This document shows positions 20,099 through 29,498 of a stretch of DNA of 64,000 nucleotides, piece after piece. How positions within the stretch are numbered: the first letter of the stretch is position 1; every line of letters begins with the position of its first letter. The translations under genes and the position numbers were made by a program. A model generated the notes under the pieces. The model searched no databases and was not told the origin of the DNA. It saw nothing but the letters and a program-made list of their open reading frames with translations. The stretch is taken from contig CBFCYW010000003.1 of assembly GCA_965602395.1 (NCBI GenBank), forward strand, positions 19,501 to 83,500, written 5' to 3'. This stretch comes from an uncultured Chromatiales bacterium. GTDB taxonomy: Bacteria; Pseudomonadota; Gammaproteobacteria; CBFCYW01.

Positions 20099-21463
20099 AT
20101 GCGCGAACCCATCGGCCCCAGTTACGGCGAGTGGTGGCGCGATACCCCGGCGCGGCGCCGCTTGCGCCTGCTGCTGATGCTGCTGCCGAGCGTCGCCCTG
20201 CTGCTTTGGGCCGGCGCCGGGCAGCACTCGCAGGTGCAGCTCGGCCGCGCGCTGTTCGCCGCCCTCGGCGCCGGCGACGTGGCGGAATTTCGCGCCCTCG
20301 TGCGGCGCGGCGCGCCGCTGGCAGCCCTCGATGCCCAGGGCGACAGTCTGCTGCACGATCTGCAAGTGCGCATGCCGGCAGCACAGGCGCTGGCGCTGAG
20401 CGAGCTGCTGTTGCGCCGCGGCGCGCCGGTCGATCCCCGCGACCGCCACGGTCTGACGCCACTGCATCTGGCCGCGGATCGCGGCGACGCGGCGCTGGTC
20501 GAGCTGCTGCTGCAAAGCGGCGCCGACGCCAATCCCGACCCGCCCCCCGACGTCTCTTCCGAGTCGCACTTCGGCACGCCGCTGCACCGCGCCGCGGCCG
20601 GCGGCCACGGCCGCGTGCTGCATTTGCTGCTGGCCCAGGGCGCGGCACCGGATGCGCGCGATGCGCGCGGGCTGACGCCGTTGTTTCTCGCCGCGATGGG
20701 CAATCGCCCGGATCTGGTCTCCGCACTGGCGGCGCGCGGTGCCGGCACCGAGGTCGCCGATGCGCGCGGGCGCAGCCCGCTACACTGGGCGGCGCTGCGC
20801 GATCAGTCGGCGCTGGCCGCGGCACTGCTCGCCGCCGGCGCCGACCCGCAACGCCGCGACGCCAAGGGCAACAGCGCGCTGCACCACGCCGCTTGGCGCG
20901 GCCACCTGAACGTGGTGCAGCTGCTGCTGCGCCACGGCGCCGATGTCAATGCACGCAGCGATCAGCTCGCTATCAGCCCGCTGCACGTCGCCGCGCGCCG
21001 CGGTCATCTCGGAGTGCTGCGCGAGTTGCTGCGTGCGGGCGCCGATGTCGACGCGCTCAGCGCGCTGTACGGCACGCCGCTGCACTGGGCGGCGGAGAGC
21101 GGTCAACGCGGCGCGGCCGAGCTGTTATTGCGCGCCGGCGCCGCGGCCAGTCGACTCGATGGCCACGGCCTCAGCGCCACCGCGCGCGCCGCTCAGGGCG
21201 GCCACCGCGAGCTGGCCCGGCGACTGTTCGCGGCCGCCGCGCGGCAGCGCGACTGGTGGCCGCGGGCGGTGCTCGGACCGCGCGACGCGGGGCGGCTCGC
21301 CGGCTGCGAGCTGCCGCCGCGCATGCATCCGGCGAGCCGTGAGCTGCTCGACAGCTACGCCCAGGGCAACATGTCGGTGGCCGAGTATCGGCGCCAGTTC
21401 TCGCTGCCCAACTCGGACTATCTGCCACTGGCCGAGTGCCTGGTGGGGCTGTATCGCGATTGA
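20099..21463 (+). CDS. ankyrin repeat protein with N-terminal membrane anchor
   Basis: 454 aa; TM/signal-anchor LRLLLMLLPSVALLLWAGA; about 9 ANK repeats (G.TPLH.AA..GH...V.LLL..GAD); roughly 80-aa non-ANK C-terminus. Confidence 0.85.
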   Translation: MREPIGPSYGEWWRDTPARRRLRLLLMLLPSVALLLWAGAGQHSQVQLGRALFAALGAGDVAEFRALVRRGAPLAALDAQGDSLLHDLQVRMPAAQALALSELLLRRGAPVDPRDRHGLTPLHLAADRGDAALVELLLQSGADANPDPPPDVSSESHFGTPLHRAAAGGHGRVLHLLLAQGAAPDARDARGLTPLFLAAMGNRPDLVSALAARGAGTEVADARGRSPLHWAALRDQSALAAALLAAGADPQRRDAKGNSALHHAAWRGHLNVVQLLLRHGADVNARSDQLAISPLHVAARRGHLGVLRELLRAGADVDALSALYGTPLHWAAESGQRGAAELLLRAGAAASRLDGHGLSATARAAQGGHRELARRLFAAAARQRDWWPRAVLGPRDAGRLAGCELPPRMHPASRELLDSYAQGNMSVAEYRRQFSLPNSDYLPLAECLVGLYRD

Positions 21464-21570
21464 TACCCGCAAAGTGTACGGGCGGCGGCAAACCGTGTCG
21501 CTTTGCGGCAAAGCAGGCCGCGCCGCTGCGGGTAATCTGATCGCCATGCCAGCAACCACCGGAGAAGCCC

Positions 21571-22380
21571 ATGGCCGCGCCAGCCCCGCTCAATCAGGCC
21601 CGGATCGACGCCTTTCAGCGCGACGGTGTGGTCAGGCTTGAGGGCGTCTTTTCGCCCGCGTGGATCGAACGCCTGCGCGCCGGGCTGGAGCGCAATATCC
21701 GCGAGCCGGGACCCCATCGCCGCGAATACAGCCAGCCCGGTGCGCCGGGGCATTTCTTTGGCGATTACTGCAATTGGCAGCGGATTCCCGAGTATCGCGA
21801 CTTTTTCTTTAACTCACCCGCGGCCGGCATCGCCGCTGCGCTGATGGGTAGCCGCAAGGTCAACCTGTTTCACGAGCACGTCATCGTCAAAGAGCCGAAC
21901 ACCGCCGAGCGCACCCCCTGGCACCACGATCAGCCCTATTACTGCGTCGATGGTCGCGACAACTGCTCGCTGTGGATTCCGCTGGATCCGGTGGCGCGCG
22001 AGAGCTGTGTGGAGTTCGTCGCCGGCTCGCACCGCTGGGATCGCTGGTTCACGCCGATGAAGTTCGTCGGCGTCGAATACGAGCGCGACGAGGCCGATTA
22101 CGAGTCCGTGCCGGACATCGACAATCATCGCGCCGATTACGATCTGCGCAGCTTCGAGCTGCAGCCCGGCGACTGCATCGCCTTCCACTTTCGCACCGTG
22201 CACGGTGCGCCGGGCAACCTTTCTGCCAGCACCCGGCGGCGCGCCTTCGCCGCGCGCTTCACCGGCGATGACGCCACCTTCACCCGCCGCGCCGGCGAGA
22301 CCTCGCCGCCATTCGCGGAGGTGACGCTGGAAAACGGCGCACCGCTGGATTCGCAGACCTTCCCGCGGCTGCTCGGCTGA
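21571..22380 (+). CDS. phytanoyl-CoA dioxygenase (PhyH) family Fe(II)/2-oxoglutarate-dependent oxygenase
   Basis: 269 aa; WHHD (HxD) and second His in FRTVHGAPGN; GGAGAAG RBS. Confidence 0.75.
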   Translation: MAAPAPLNQARIDAFQRDGVVRLEGVFSPAWIERLRAGLERNIREPGPHRREYSQPGAPGHFFGDYCNWQRIPEYRDFFFNSPAAGIAAALMGSRKVNLFHEHVIVKEPNTAERTPWHHDQPYYCVDGRDNCSLWIPLDPVARESCVEFVAGSHRWDRWFTPMKFVGVEYERDEADYESVPDIDNHRADYDLRSFELQPGDCIAFHFRTVHGAPGNLSASTRRRAFAARFTGDDATFTRRAGETSPPFAEVTLENGAPLDSQTFPRLLG

Positions 22381-22517
22381 GGCCCGGGCGGCCAGCGACA
22401 GCAATGCGGCCGGCGTAGCAATGCGGGCAGTGGCGGCGCGGCTACCCAGCACGGCCAGTGTTGGTGGCCGCAGCGCTTGGCTATAGTCGTTACCTTCGCG
22501 ACAGGAGGACTGCCCAG

Positions 22518-23267
22518 ATGATCTTTCGCCAGCTCTTCGAACCCGATTCCTGCACCTGGACCTATTTGCTCGCCTGCCCGGATAGCGGTGAAACGGTGCT
22601 CATCGACCCGGTGCTGGACACCGTGCATCGAGATCTGGAGGTGTTGCAGGAGATGGGGCTGAAGCTCGGCTACGCGCTGGATACGCATATCCACGCCGAC
22701 CACCTGACTGGCTCGCGCAAACTGAAAGCACTGGCCGACTGCAAGATCGCCGGGCCGGCGATGGACCAGTTGCCCTGCACCGATGTGGGCGTCGCCGAGG
22801 GCCGGCCGCTGCGCGTCGGCGGGCTGGAACTGCAGCCGCTGTTCACCCCCGGGCACACCGACAGCCACCACGCCTATCTGATCGACAACGGCACCCAGCG
22901 CATGCTGTTCTCCGGCGACGCGCTGCTGATCGACGCCTGCGGCCGCACCGATTTCCAGTCCGGCGACGCCGGCACGCTGTACGACAGCATCACGCAGAAG
23001 ATCTTCAGCCTGCCCGACGAGACGCTGATCTACCCCGGCCACGACTACGAAGGCCGCCAGCTCAGCTCGGTGGGGCAGGAAAAGACCCGCAACCCGCGCC
23101 TGGCGGGCAAGTCGCGCGCCGAGTTCATCGCCATCATGGAAGCGCTGGATCTGCCCTATCCGCGCAAGATCGACTTCGCCGTGCCCGGCAACCGCATGTG
23201 CGGCCAGTGCCCGCCAAATGTGCCGGATGAATTGCGCGCGCCCTGCGAGATCCACGAGGTGGGCTGA
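22518..23267 (+). CDS. MBL-fold persulfide dioxygenase-like protein (ETHE1/Blh family)
   Basis: MIFRQLFEPDSCTWTYLLA N-terminus typical of ETHE1; HxHxDH (DTHIHADH); AGGAGG RBS. Confidence 0.8.
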   Translation: MIFRQLFEPDSCTWTYLLACPDSGETVLIDPVLDTVHRDLEVLQEMGLKLGYALDTHIHADHLTGSRKLKALADCKIAGPAMDQLPCTDVGVAEGRPLRVGGLELQPLFTPGHTDSHHAYLIDNGTQRMLFSGDALLIDACGRTDFQSGDAGTLYDSITQKIFSLPDETLIYPGHDYEGRQLSSVGQEKTRNPRLAGKSRAEFIAIMEALDLPYPRKIDFAVPGNRMCGQCPPNVPDELRAPCEIHEVG

Positions 23268-23310
23268 GTCGCGGTCGGCGGGCCGGTGATCGGCCGTCGC
23301 GCGGGTGCTT

Positions 23311-26082
23311 TCAGTTGTCGCGGCGCGCCCTGCGGCGCCCGCGGCGCCGCAGCAGCGCCTTCTCCGCCTCCACCAGCAGCAGCAGGCCGGCGGCCAGCGG
23401 CAGGATCAGCAGCCAGTGGCCGGCGCCCAGCGGCGCCACGCCGAACAGCGCCTGCGACAGCGGCAGGTAGGTAAAGCCCAGCTGTAGTGCCAGCAGCGCC
23501 GCCACCGCCAGCAGCGCGATGCGGTTGCCGAGCAGGCCGTCGCGGTTGAGCACCGCGCCGTACAGCCGCCGGCTGGCGAACAGGTAGGCGATCTCGCAGG
23601 CGACCAGCGCGTTGACCGCCAGCGAGCGCGCCAGCGGCAGATCGGCGCCGTCGGCCAGCGCCCAGAGGAACAGCCCGCCGCAGATCGCCACCATCAGCAG
23701 GGCGACGAACAGCAGCCGCCAGAGCAGGTGCAGATCGAGCAGCGGCTCGCGCGGGTCGCGCGGCGGGCGGGTCATGGCGCGCGGCTCGCGCGGCTCGAAG
23801 GCCAGCGCGATGGCCAGCGTCACCGCGGTGACCATGTTCACCCAGAGGATCTGCAGCGGCGTCACCGGCAGATCCACGCCGAGCAGGATCGCCAGCACCA
23901 GCGCCAGCGCCTCGCCGGCGTTGGTCGGCAGCATGAAGAGGATCGCCTTGCGCACGTTGGCGTACACCGTGCGCCCCTCGCGGACGGCGCGCACGATGCT
24001 GGCGAAGTTGTCGTCGGCGAGCACCACCTCGGCGGCCTCCACCGCCGCCTCGCTGCCCTTGCCGCCCATCGCCACGCCGATGTCGGCGCGGCGCAGCGCC
24101 GGCGCGTCGTTGACCCCGTCGCCGGTCATCGCCACCACCTCGCCGCCGGCCTGCAGGGCGCGCACCAGGCGCAGCTTGTGCTCCGGGCTGGTGCGCGCGA
24201 AGACCTCGGTGTCGCCCAGCCGCGCGGCCAGCGCGGCGTCGTCGAGGCGGTCGATGTCGCGCCCGGTGAGCGGCGCGCCGGCCAGCCCCAGCTGGGCGCC
24301 GATGGCCGCCGCGGTGCCGGCGTGGTCGCCGGTGATCATGCGCACGCGGATGCCCGCGGCGCGGCACTCGGCGACCGCCTGCAGCGCCTCCTCGCGCAGC
24401 GGGTCGATCAGCCCGACCACGCCGAGCAGGCAGGCACCGCCGGCGTCGAGTGCGCCCGCCAGGTCGCCGTCGCCGGCCTCGCCGGCGGCCGGCTCCAGCT
24501 CGGCCAGTGCCAGCAGGCGCAGGCCGCGGCCGGCGAGCGCCTCCAGCCGCGCATGCCAGGCGTCGGCGTCCAGCGGGCGGCTGCCGCCGTCGTCGCCCAG
24601 CTCGCTGGTGCAGCATGCCAGCAGCCGCTCCGGCGCGCCCTTCAGGCAAATCAGGCGATGCCCGTCGCGGCCCGGGTGCAGCGTCGCCATGTAGCGCGCC
24701 TCGGCGGAGAAGGGGATCAGCGCGCGGCGCGGGTGGGCGGCCTGCACGGCCGACTCGTCCAGCCCCAGCTTGCGCGCCAGCACCAGCAGCGCGGCCTCGG
24801 TGGGGTCGCCCTCGATGCGCCAGTGGGCGTGCTCCGCGTCCGGCGCCAGCAGGCGGGCGTCGTTGCACAGTGCGGCGCAGCGGGCGATCCGCGCCAGCGG
24901 CGCGGCGTCGCCGGCGGCGCCGTGGTCGGGCTGCAGCTCGCCGCGCGGCGCGTAGCCACCGCCGCTGAGGGAATAGTCGCCGGCGGCGGTCAGCAGGCGC
25001 TGCGCGGTCATCTCGTTGCGCGTCAGGGTGCCGGTCTTGTCGCTGCAGATGCAGCTCACCGTGCCCAGCGTCTCCACCGCCGGCAGGCGGCGCACGATGG
25101 CGCGCTGCCCGGCCATGCGCTGCACGCCGATGGCCAGCGCGATGGTGACCACCGCCGGCAGCCCCTCGGGGACCGCGGCGACGGCGATGCCGACCGCGGC
25201 GAGCAGCATCTCGCCGGCGCTGTAGTCGCGCGCCAGCAGACCGAAGGTGAACAGCGCCGCGGCCAGCGCGAGGATCGCCGCCGTCAGCCGCCGGCCGAAG
25301 CGCTCCAACTGGCGCAGTAGCGGTGTGCTCAGCGGCTCGACCTGCTCGACCAGCGCGCCGATGCGCCCCAGCTCGCTGTCTGCGCCGGTGGCCACCACCA
25401 GCCCGCGCGCCTGCCCGGCGGCCACCAGGCAGCCGGCGTAGGCCAAGCTGCTGCGCTCGGCCAGCGGCGTGTCGGCGGCCACCGCCGCGCTGGATTTGTC
25501 CACCGGCAGCGATTCGCCGCTGAGCATGGATTCGTCGAGGCGCAGGTTGTGGCTGTCGAGCAGGCGCAGGTCGGCGGGGATCCTGTCGCCGGCCTCGATC
25601 AGCACCACGTCGCCGGGCACCAGTTGCTCGGCCGGCAGGCCGCTCGGCAGGCCGTCGCGCAGGGCGCGGGCGCGCAGGGTGAGCAGGGCGCGGATGCTGT
25701 CCAGGGCGCGCTCGGCGCGGCCCTCCTGGATGAAGCCGATCAGCGCGTTGACCAGCACCACGGCGAGGATCACCGCGCTGTCCAGCCAGTGGCCGATGGC
25801 GGCGACCAGCGCCGCGGAGGCGATCAGCAGGTGGATCAGCAGGTTGTCGAACTGCGCGGCGAGGCGCCGCAGCGGGCCGCGGCGAGGCGCCTGCGGGAGG
25901 CGGTTGGCGCCGTGGCGGGCGAGGCGCGCGGCGGCTTCGGCGGCGCTCAGGCCGGCGGCGTCGGCGCGCAGTTGGCGCAGCGCCTCGGCCGTCGTCAGCG
26001 CGTGCCAGTCGCCGCCGGGCGCGGCGCTGGCGCCGCTCTCGGCTGGCTGGCGCTTGTCGTTCGCCGTCGCTGGCATCCGCAT
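23311..26082 (-). CDS. cation-transporting P-type ATPase (P2-type, Ca2+/Mg2+-ATPase-like)
   Basis: about 924 aa from MRMPATAN; TGES-like LSGES, DKTGTLT phosphorylation site, MITGDH, GDGVNDAPAL hinge; track ORF start 26169 over-extended. Confidence 0.9.
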   Translation of the reverse strand: MRMPATANDKRQPAESGASAAPGGDWHALTTAEALRQLRADAAGLSAAEAAARLARHGANRLPQAPRRGPLRRLAAQFDNLLIHLLIASAALVAAIGHWLDSAVILAVVLVNALIGFIQEGRAERALDSIRALLTLRARALRDGLPSGLPAEQLVPGDVVLIEAGDRIPADLRLLDSHNLRLDESMLSGESLPVDKSSAAVAADTPLAERSSLAYAGCLVAAGQARGLVVATGADSELGRIGALVEQVEPLSTPLLRQLERFGRRLTAAILALAAALFTFGLLARDYSAGEMLLAAVGIAVAAVPEGLPAVVTIALAIGVQRMAGQRAIVRRLPAVETLGTVSCICSDKTGTLTRNEMTAQRLLTAAGDYSLSGGGYAPRGELQPDHGAAGDAAPLARIARCAALCNDARLLAPDAEHAHWRIEGDPTEAALLVLARKLGLDESAVQAAHPRRALIPFSAEARYMATLHPGRDGHRLICLKGAPERLLACCTSELGDDGGSRPLDADAWHARLEALAGRGLRLLALAELEPAAGEAGDGDLAGALDAGGACLLGVVGLIDPLREEALQAVAECRAAGIRVRMITGDHAGTAAAIGAQLGLAGAPLTGRDIDRLDDAALAARLGDTEVFARTSPEHKLRLVRALQAGGEVVAMTGDGVNDAPALRRADIGVAMGGKGSEAAVEAAEVVLADDNFASIVRAVREGRTVYANVRKAILFMLPTNAGEALALVLAILLGVDLPVTPLQILWVNMVTAVTLAIALAFEPREPRAMTRPPRDPREPLLDLHLLWRLLFVALLMVAICGGLFLWALADGADLPLARSLAVNALVACEIAYLFASRRLYGAVLNRDGLLGNRIALLAVAALLALQLGFTYLPLSQALFGVAPLGAGHWLLILPLAAGLLLLVEAEKALLRRRGRRRARRDN

Positions 26083-26086
26083 TTCG

Positions 26087-26881
26087 TCAGCCCCAGCGGA
26101 AGGTGGCCATCGACAGAATGGCGTAGGTGACGGCGTGGTGTAACAGCTTCGCCTGCGGGCGGTGTGCAACGCTGTCCTGGGCTGCGCCGAAGGCGACCAG
26201 CAACGGCAGAAAGTGCTCCGCCGTGGGGTGGTTGCGCTGGCCCTCGGGGGCCTGCAGGTATTCGCAGATGGCCTCGGCGTTGCCGGCCTGTACGCGCTCG
26301 ATCAGCCAGCGGTCGAAGCGCTGCACGTAGTCCTCCGGCGGCGCGTCCCAGCTCTGGCCGTGGAAGTCGGCGAGGTTGTGGGTGGCGCCGCCGCTGGCGA
26401 GGATCAGCACGCCGTCATCGCGCAGCGGGCGCAGTGCGCGGCCCAGTGCCATGTGTGCCTCGGGTGAGCGCTGCGGTTGTACGGAGAGCTGCAGCACGGG
26501 GATATCCGCGCGCGGGTAAAGTAACTTCAGCGGCACCCAGGCGCCGTGGTCGAGGCCGCGCGAGCCGTCCACTTTGCAGGCCATGCCGGCGGCTTTGATC
26601 TGTCCCGCAACGTCGATCGCCAGCGATGGTTCGCCGGGCGCCGGGTAACTCATCGCGTAGAACTCGTCGGGGAAGCCGTAGAAATCGTGGATGGTTTGCG
26701 GCCGGCTGGCGCCGGAGATGGTCGGCTCGGCGGTGCACCAGTGTGCGGAGATACAGATGATCGCGCGCGGCTGTGGCCACTGCGCGGCGGCGCTGCGCAG
26801 CCAGTCACGGGTCGGACAGGGATCGGTGATCAGTGTCGGTGCGCCGTGCGACAGGAACAGGCTGGGCAGCGTCGGTTGCAT
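26087..26881 (-). CDS. ygiD: 4,5-DOPA dioxygenase extradiol (YgiD family, class III extradiol dioxygenase)
   Basis: 264 aa; LFLSHGAPT, SAHW, PTIHDFYGFP, HGAW, HNL motifs collinear with E. coli YgiD; 4-nt gap to downstream ATPase gene. Confidence 0.85.
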   Translation of the reverse strand: MQPTLPSLFLSHGAPTLITDPCPTRDWLRSAAAQWPQPRAIICISAHWCTAEPTISGASRPQTIHDFYGFPDEFYAMSYPAPGEPSLAIDVAGQIKAAGMACKVDGSRGLDHGAWVPLKLLYPRADIPVLQLSVQPQRSPEAHMALGRALRPLRDDGVLILASGGATHNLADFHGQSWDAPPEDYVQRFDRWLIERVQAGNAEAICEYLQAPEGQRNHPTAEHFLPLLVAFGAAQDSVAHRPQAKLLHHAVTYAILSMATFRWG

Positions 26882-26890
26882 ACGGGCCTC

Positions 26891-27541
26891 CTAGGGTTGC
26901 AATCGCTCGATCATCCACCGTTCGCCGGCCGCCGCACAGGTGTAGCGAAAGCGGTCGTGCAGGCGATTTTCGCGCCCCTGCCAGAACTCGAAGCTCTGCG
27001 GCCGCAGGCGGTAGCCACCCCATTGCTCCGGACGCGGCACGTCGCCCTGTGGATGGGCGCTGCGCAGCGCGGTGATGCGTGCCTCCAGCGTGGCGCGGCT
27101 GTCCACGGGCTGCGATTGGCAGGAGGTCGCCGCGGCAAAGCGGCTGCCCGCCGGTCTCTGCTGAAAATACTCATCGGCGCTGGCGGCGTCGAGAAGTTCA
27201 ACATTACCGTTGATCCGCACCTGGCGGTCGAACTCGCGCCAGTAAAAGAGCAGCGCGGCGCGCGGATTGGCGGCCAGCTCGCGACCCTTCTGGCTGCGGT
27301 AGTCGCTGTACCAGCAGAAGCCGTCGGCGTCGCAGTGCTTGAGCAGCACGGTGCGCAGCGAGGGCTGGCCGGCCGCATCGCAGGTGGCCAGGGTCATCGC
27401 GGTGGCGTCTTTCAGGCCGGCGGCGACGGCTGCTTCGAGCCAGCTGCGAAACTGCGCCAGCGGATCGTCGCGGAGCTGCGCGCGGCTGAGGCTGTGGGCG
27501 GCGTAGTCGCGACGTGCGTCGCGGTGGTCGGATTCGCTCAT
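26891..27541 (-). CDS. pdxH: pyridoxamine 5'-phosphate oxidase
   Basis: 216 aa from MSESDHRDARRDY; FMN-binding split-barrel motifs (LLFYW, RQVRI.G, HDRFRY); 9-nt gap to ygiD. Confidence 0.9.
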   Translation of the reverse strand: MSESDHRDARRDYAAHSLSRAQLRDDPLAQFRSWLEAAVAAGLKDATAMTLATCDAAGQPSLRTVLLKHCDADGFCWYSDYRSQKGRELAANPRAALLFYWREFDRQVRINGNVELLDAASADEYFQQRPAGSRFAAATSCQSQPVDSRATLEARITALRSAHPQGDVPRPEQWGGYRLRPQSFEFWQGRENRLHDRFRYTCAAAGERWMIERLQP

Positions 27542-27581
27542 GCGGCAGTGCTCCGGAGTTGCTCGGTGGCGGTGGGTCCGC

Positions 27582-27980
27582 TCATCGGTTCGATGATACT
27601 GCGGCCGCGGCGAGCAGCAACCAGGCACAGATCAGGGCCAGCCCGCCCAGCGGGGTGATCGCCCCCAGCCAGCGCGGCGCGCCGGCGGCCATCAGGTAGA
27701 GGCTGCCGGAGAACAGCAGCGTGCCCGCCACCAGCAGCCAGGCGCAGGCGCCCAGCAGGCGCGGGCTGCGCAGCGCGCCGCCGGCCGCGGCCACCGCCAC
27801 CAGCGCCACGGCGTGGATCAGGTGGTAGTGGGCCGCGGTTTCGAACCAGCCCATCTGCTGCGCGCCGAGTCGCGCTTTCAGCGCGTGCGCGCCAAAGGCG
27901 CCGAGGCCGATGGCCAGCGCCGCCAGCAGCGCGCCGAGGGCGACGAAGCGCGGCGCCGCGAAGGTTCTGGACATGCTCAT
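27582..27980 (-). CDS. DUF423 (YgdD-like) small membrane protein
   Basis: about 132 aa, four TM helices, DUF423-like pattern (GAHAL, HYHLIHA). Confidence 0.7.
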   Translation of the reverse strand: MSMSRTFAAPRFVALGALLAALAIGLGAFGAHALKARLGAQQMGWFETAAHYHLIHAVALVAVAAAGGALRSPRLLGACAWLLVAGTLLFSGSLYLMAAGAPRWLGAITPLGGLALICAWLLLAAAAVSSNR

Positions 27981-28038
27981 CTCCACTGCTGGAAAATCGC
28001 GCATCCTACATCGACAGCAGAGTAACGGGGGAAAGCGC

Positions 28039-28521
28039 ATGCCGTCCTTTGATGTGGTTTCGGAAGTCGACCGGCACGAGCTGGGCAACGCCGTCGATCA
28101 GGCCAACCGGGAAATCGCCAATCGCTACGATTTCAAAGGCTCGGGAGCGAAGATCGAACTGGCCGGCGAAGTGCTGACGCTGAGCGCGCAGAGCGAATTC
28201 CAGGTGCAGCAGATGCAGCCCATGCTCTACGAAAAGTGCGCCAAGCGCGGCATCGACGTGGCCTGCATGGATGAGAGCGAGGTCGAAGAGGTCGGCCAGG
28301 GCGCGCGCCAGCTGATCAGCGTGCGCGAAGGGCTCGACAAGGAAATGGCCAAAAAGATGGTCCGCCTGATCAAGGACAGCAAGCTCAAGGTGCAGGCTTC
28401 GGTGCAGGGTGAACAGCTGCGCGTCACCGGCAAAAAGCGCGACGATCTGCAGCAGGCGATGGCGCTGCTCAAGGGCGCCGAGCTGGGCCTGCCGCTGCAG
28501 TTTCAGAACTTCCGCGATTGA
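28039..28521 (+). CDS. yajQ: YajQ family cyclic-di-GMP-binding protein (UPF0234)
   Basis: 160 aa MPSFDVVSEVD...; YajQ family throughout. Confidence 0.9.
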   Translation: MPSFDVVSEVDRHELGNAVDQANREIANRYDFKGSGAKIELAGEVLTLSAQSEFQVQQMQPMLYEKCAKRGIDVACMDESEVEEVGQGARQLISVREGLDKEMAKKMVRLIKDSKLKVQASVQGEQLRVTGKKRDDLQQAMALLKGAELGLPLQFQNFRD

Positions 28522-28599
28522 GGCTTTCCGCCGCCGCTGATCACCATTGCCGTGGCGCGGGGCGGGAACCGGCCGTGCCGCGATTCGATGCGCGATGGC

Positions 28600-28617
28600 C
28601 GTCGGGCTGAAGCCCGA
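28600..28617. terminator. hairpin between convergent yajQ and rsmJ
   Basis: GTCGGGC-tgaa-GCCCGAC; no T-run. Confidence 0.3.
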
Positions 28618-28618
28618 C

Positions 28619-29431
28619 CTACGCCGAGCGCTGTCCCGGTGCGGCCAGCGCGCGCAGCGCGTACAGGTCGTAGCGCGTATTGGCGCTGGCGATCGCCGCG
28701 GATGGCGCCGGCCCGGCCAGCGGCGGTGCCCCCTTGGGCCGTTTGACCACCACCCGCGCCGCGCCGCAGTCGAGCGCCGCGGCGAGCAGTTCGGCGGAAT
28801 CCTGATCCGGCCCGGCCAGCCGTTGCAGCAGGCGCATCTCCTTTTTCACCGCGGCGGATTTGTCGCGCTGCGGGTACATGGGGTCGAGATAGACGCAATC
28901 CGGCGCCGCCGCCGCATCGAGGCCGCGCAGCCAGCCTGCCGCATCGGCGCCGATCAGCGCCATGCGCGCCGCGATCGGCGCGGTGGCGGCGTCGGCCGCG
29001 GCGCGCTGCAGACCGTCGGCGAGCAGCTCGGCGAGCAGCGGCTGGCGCTCGATCAGCTGCACCGCGCAGCCGAGGCTGGCGAGCACGAAGGCATCCCGGC
29101 CGAGGCCGGCGGTGGCGTCGACCACGCGCGGCGACAGGCCGCCCTTGAGGCCCAGCGCGCGCGCCAGCGGCTGGCTGCGGCCGCCGCCGAACTGGCGTCG
29201 ATGGGCGGCGCGGCCGGCGGTGAAATCGACGCTCACCGCGCCGCCGCGGCTTGGTCGCAGGGTGCGCAGCGCCAGCCGCTCGCCGACCTCCAGCAGGGCG
29301 TCGGCGGCAGCCGGATCGGTGGCCTGCCCGGCGCTGGCTGGCGCCAGTCCGAATTGCTCGGCCAGCGCCGCGGCGCGCGCGGCGAAGCGCGCTTCCAGCG
29401 GGATCACGGCGATCTGCAATGCTGCGGGCAT
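28619..29431 (-). CDS. rsmJ: 16S rRNA (guanine1516-N2)-methyltransferase RsmJ
   Basis: about 270 aa from MPAALQIAVIP; VVDATAGLGRDAFVLASLGC SAM-binding motif; YLDPMYP. Confidence 0.8.
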   Translation of the reverse strand: MPAALQIAVIPLEARFAARAAALAEQFGLAPASAGQATDPAAADALLEVGERLALRTLRPSRGGAVSVDFTAGRAAHRRQFGGGRSQPLARALGLKGGLSPRVVDATAGLGRDAFVLASLGCAVQLIERQPLLAELLADGLQRAAADAATAPIAARMALIGADAAGWLRGLDAAAAPDCVYLDPMYPQRDKSAAVKKEMRLLQRLAGPDQDSAELLAAALDCGAARVVVKRPKGAPPLAGPAPSAAIASANTRYDLYALRALAAPGQRSA

Positions 29432-29498
29432 CTGCGTGGCGGGCCTGTGGCCGGCGGGCGTTGAGCGGGCAGCCATGCTAAGCGATCCGGAGGAGTGA

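Noticed and set aside
22381-22517. Short direct repeat agcaatgcgg x2 upstream of the ETHE1-like gene
   Set aside because: Only two 10-nt copies; too short to distinguish from chance in a GC-rich intergenic region.
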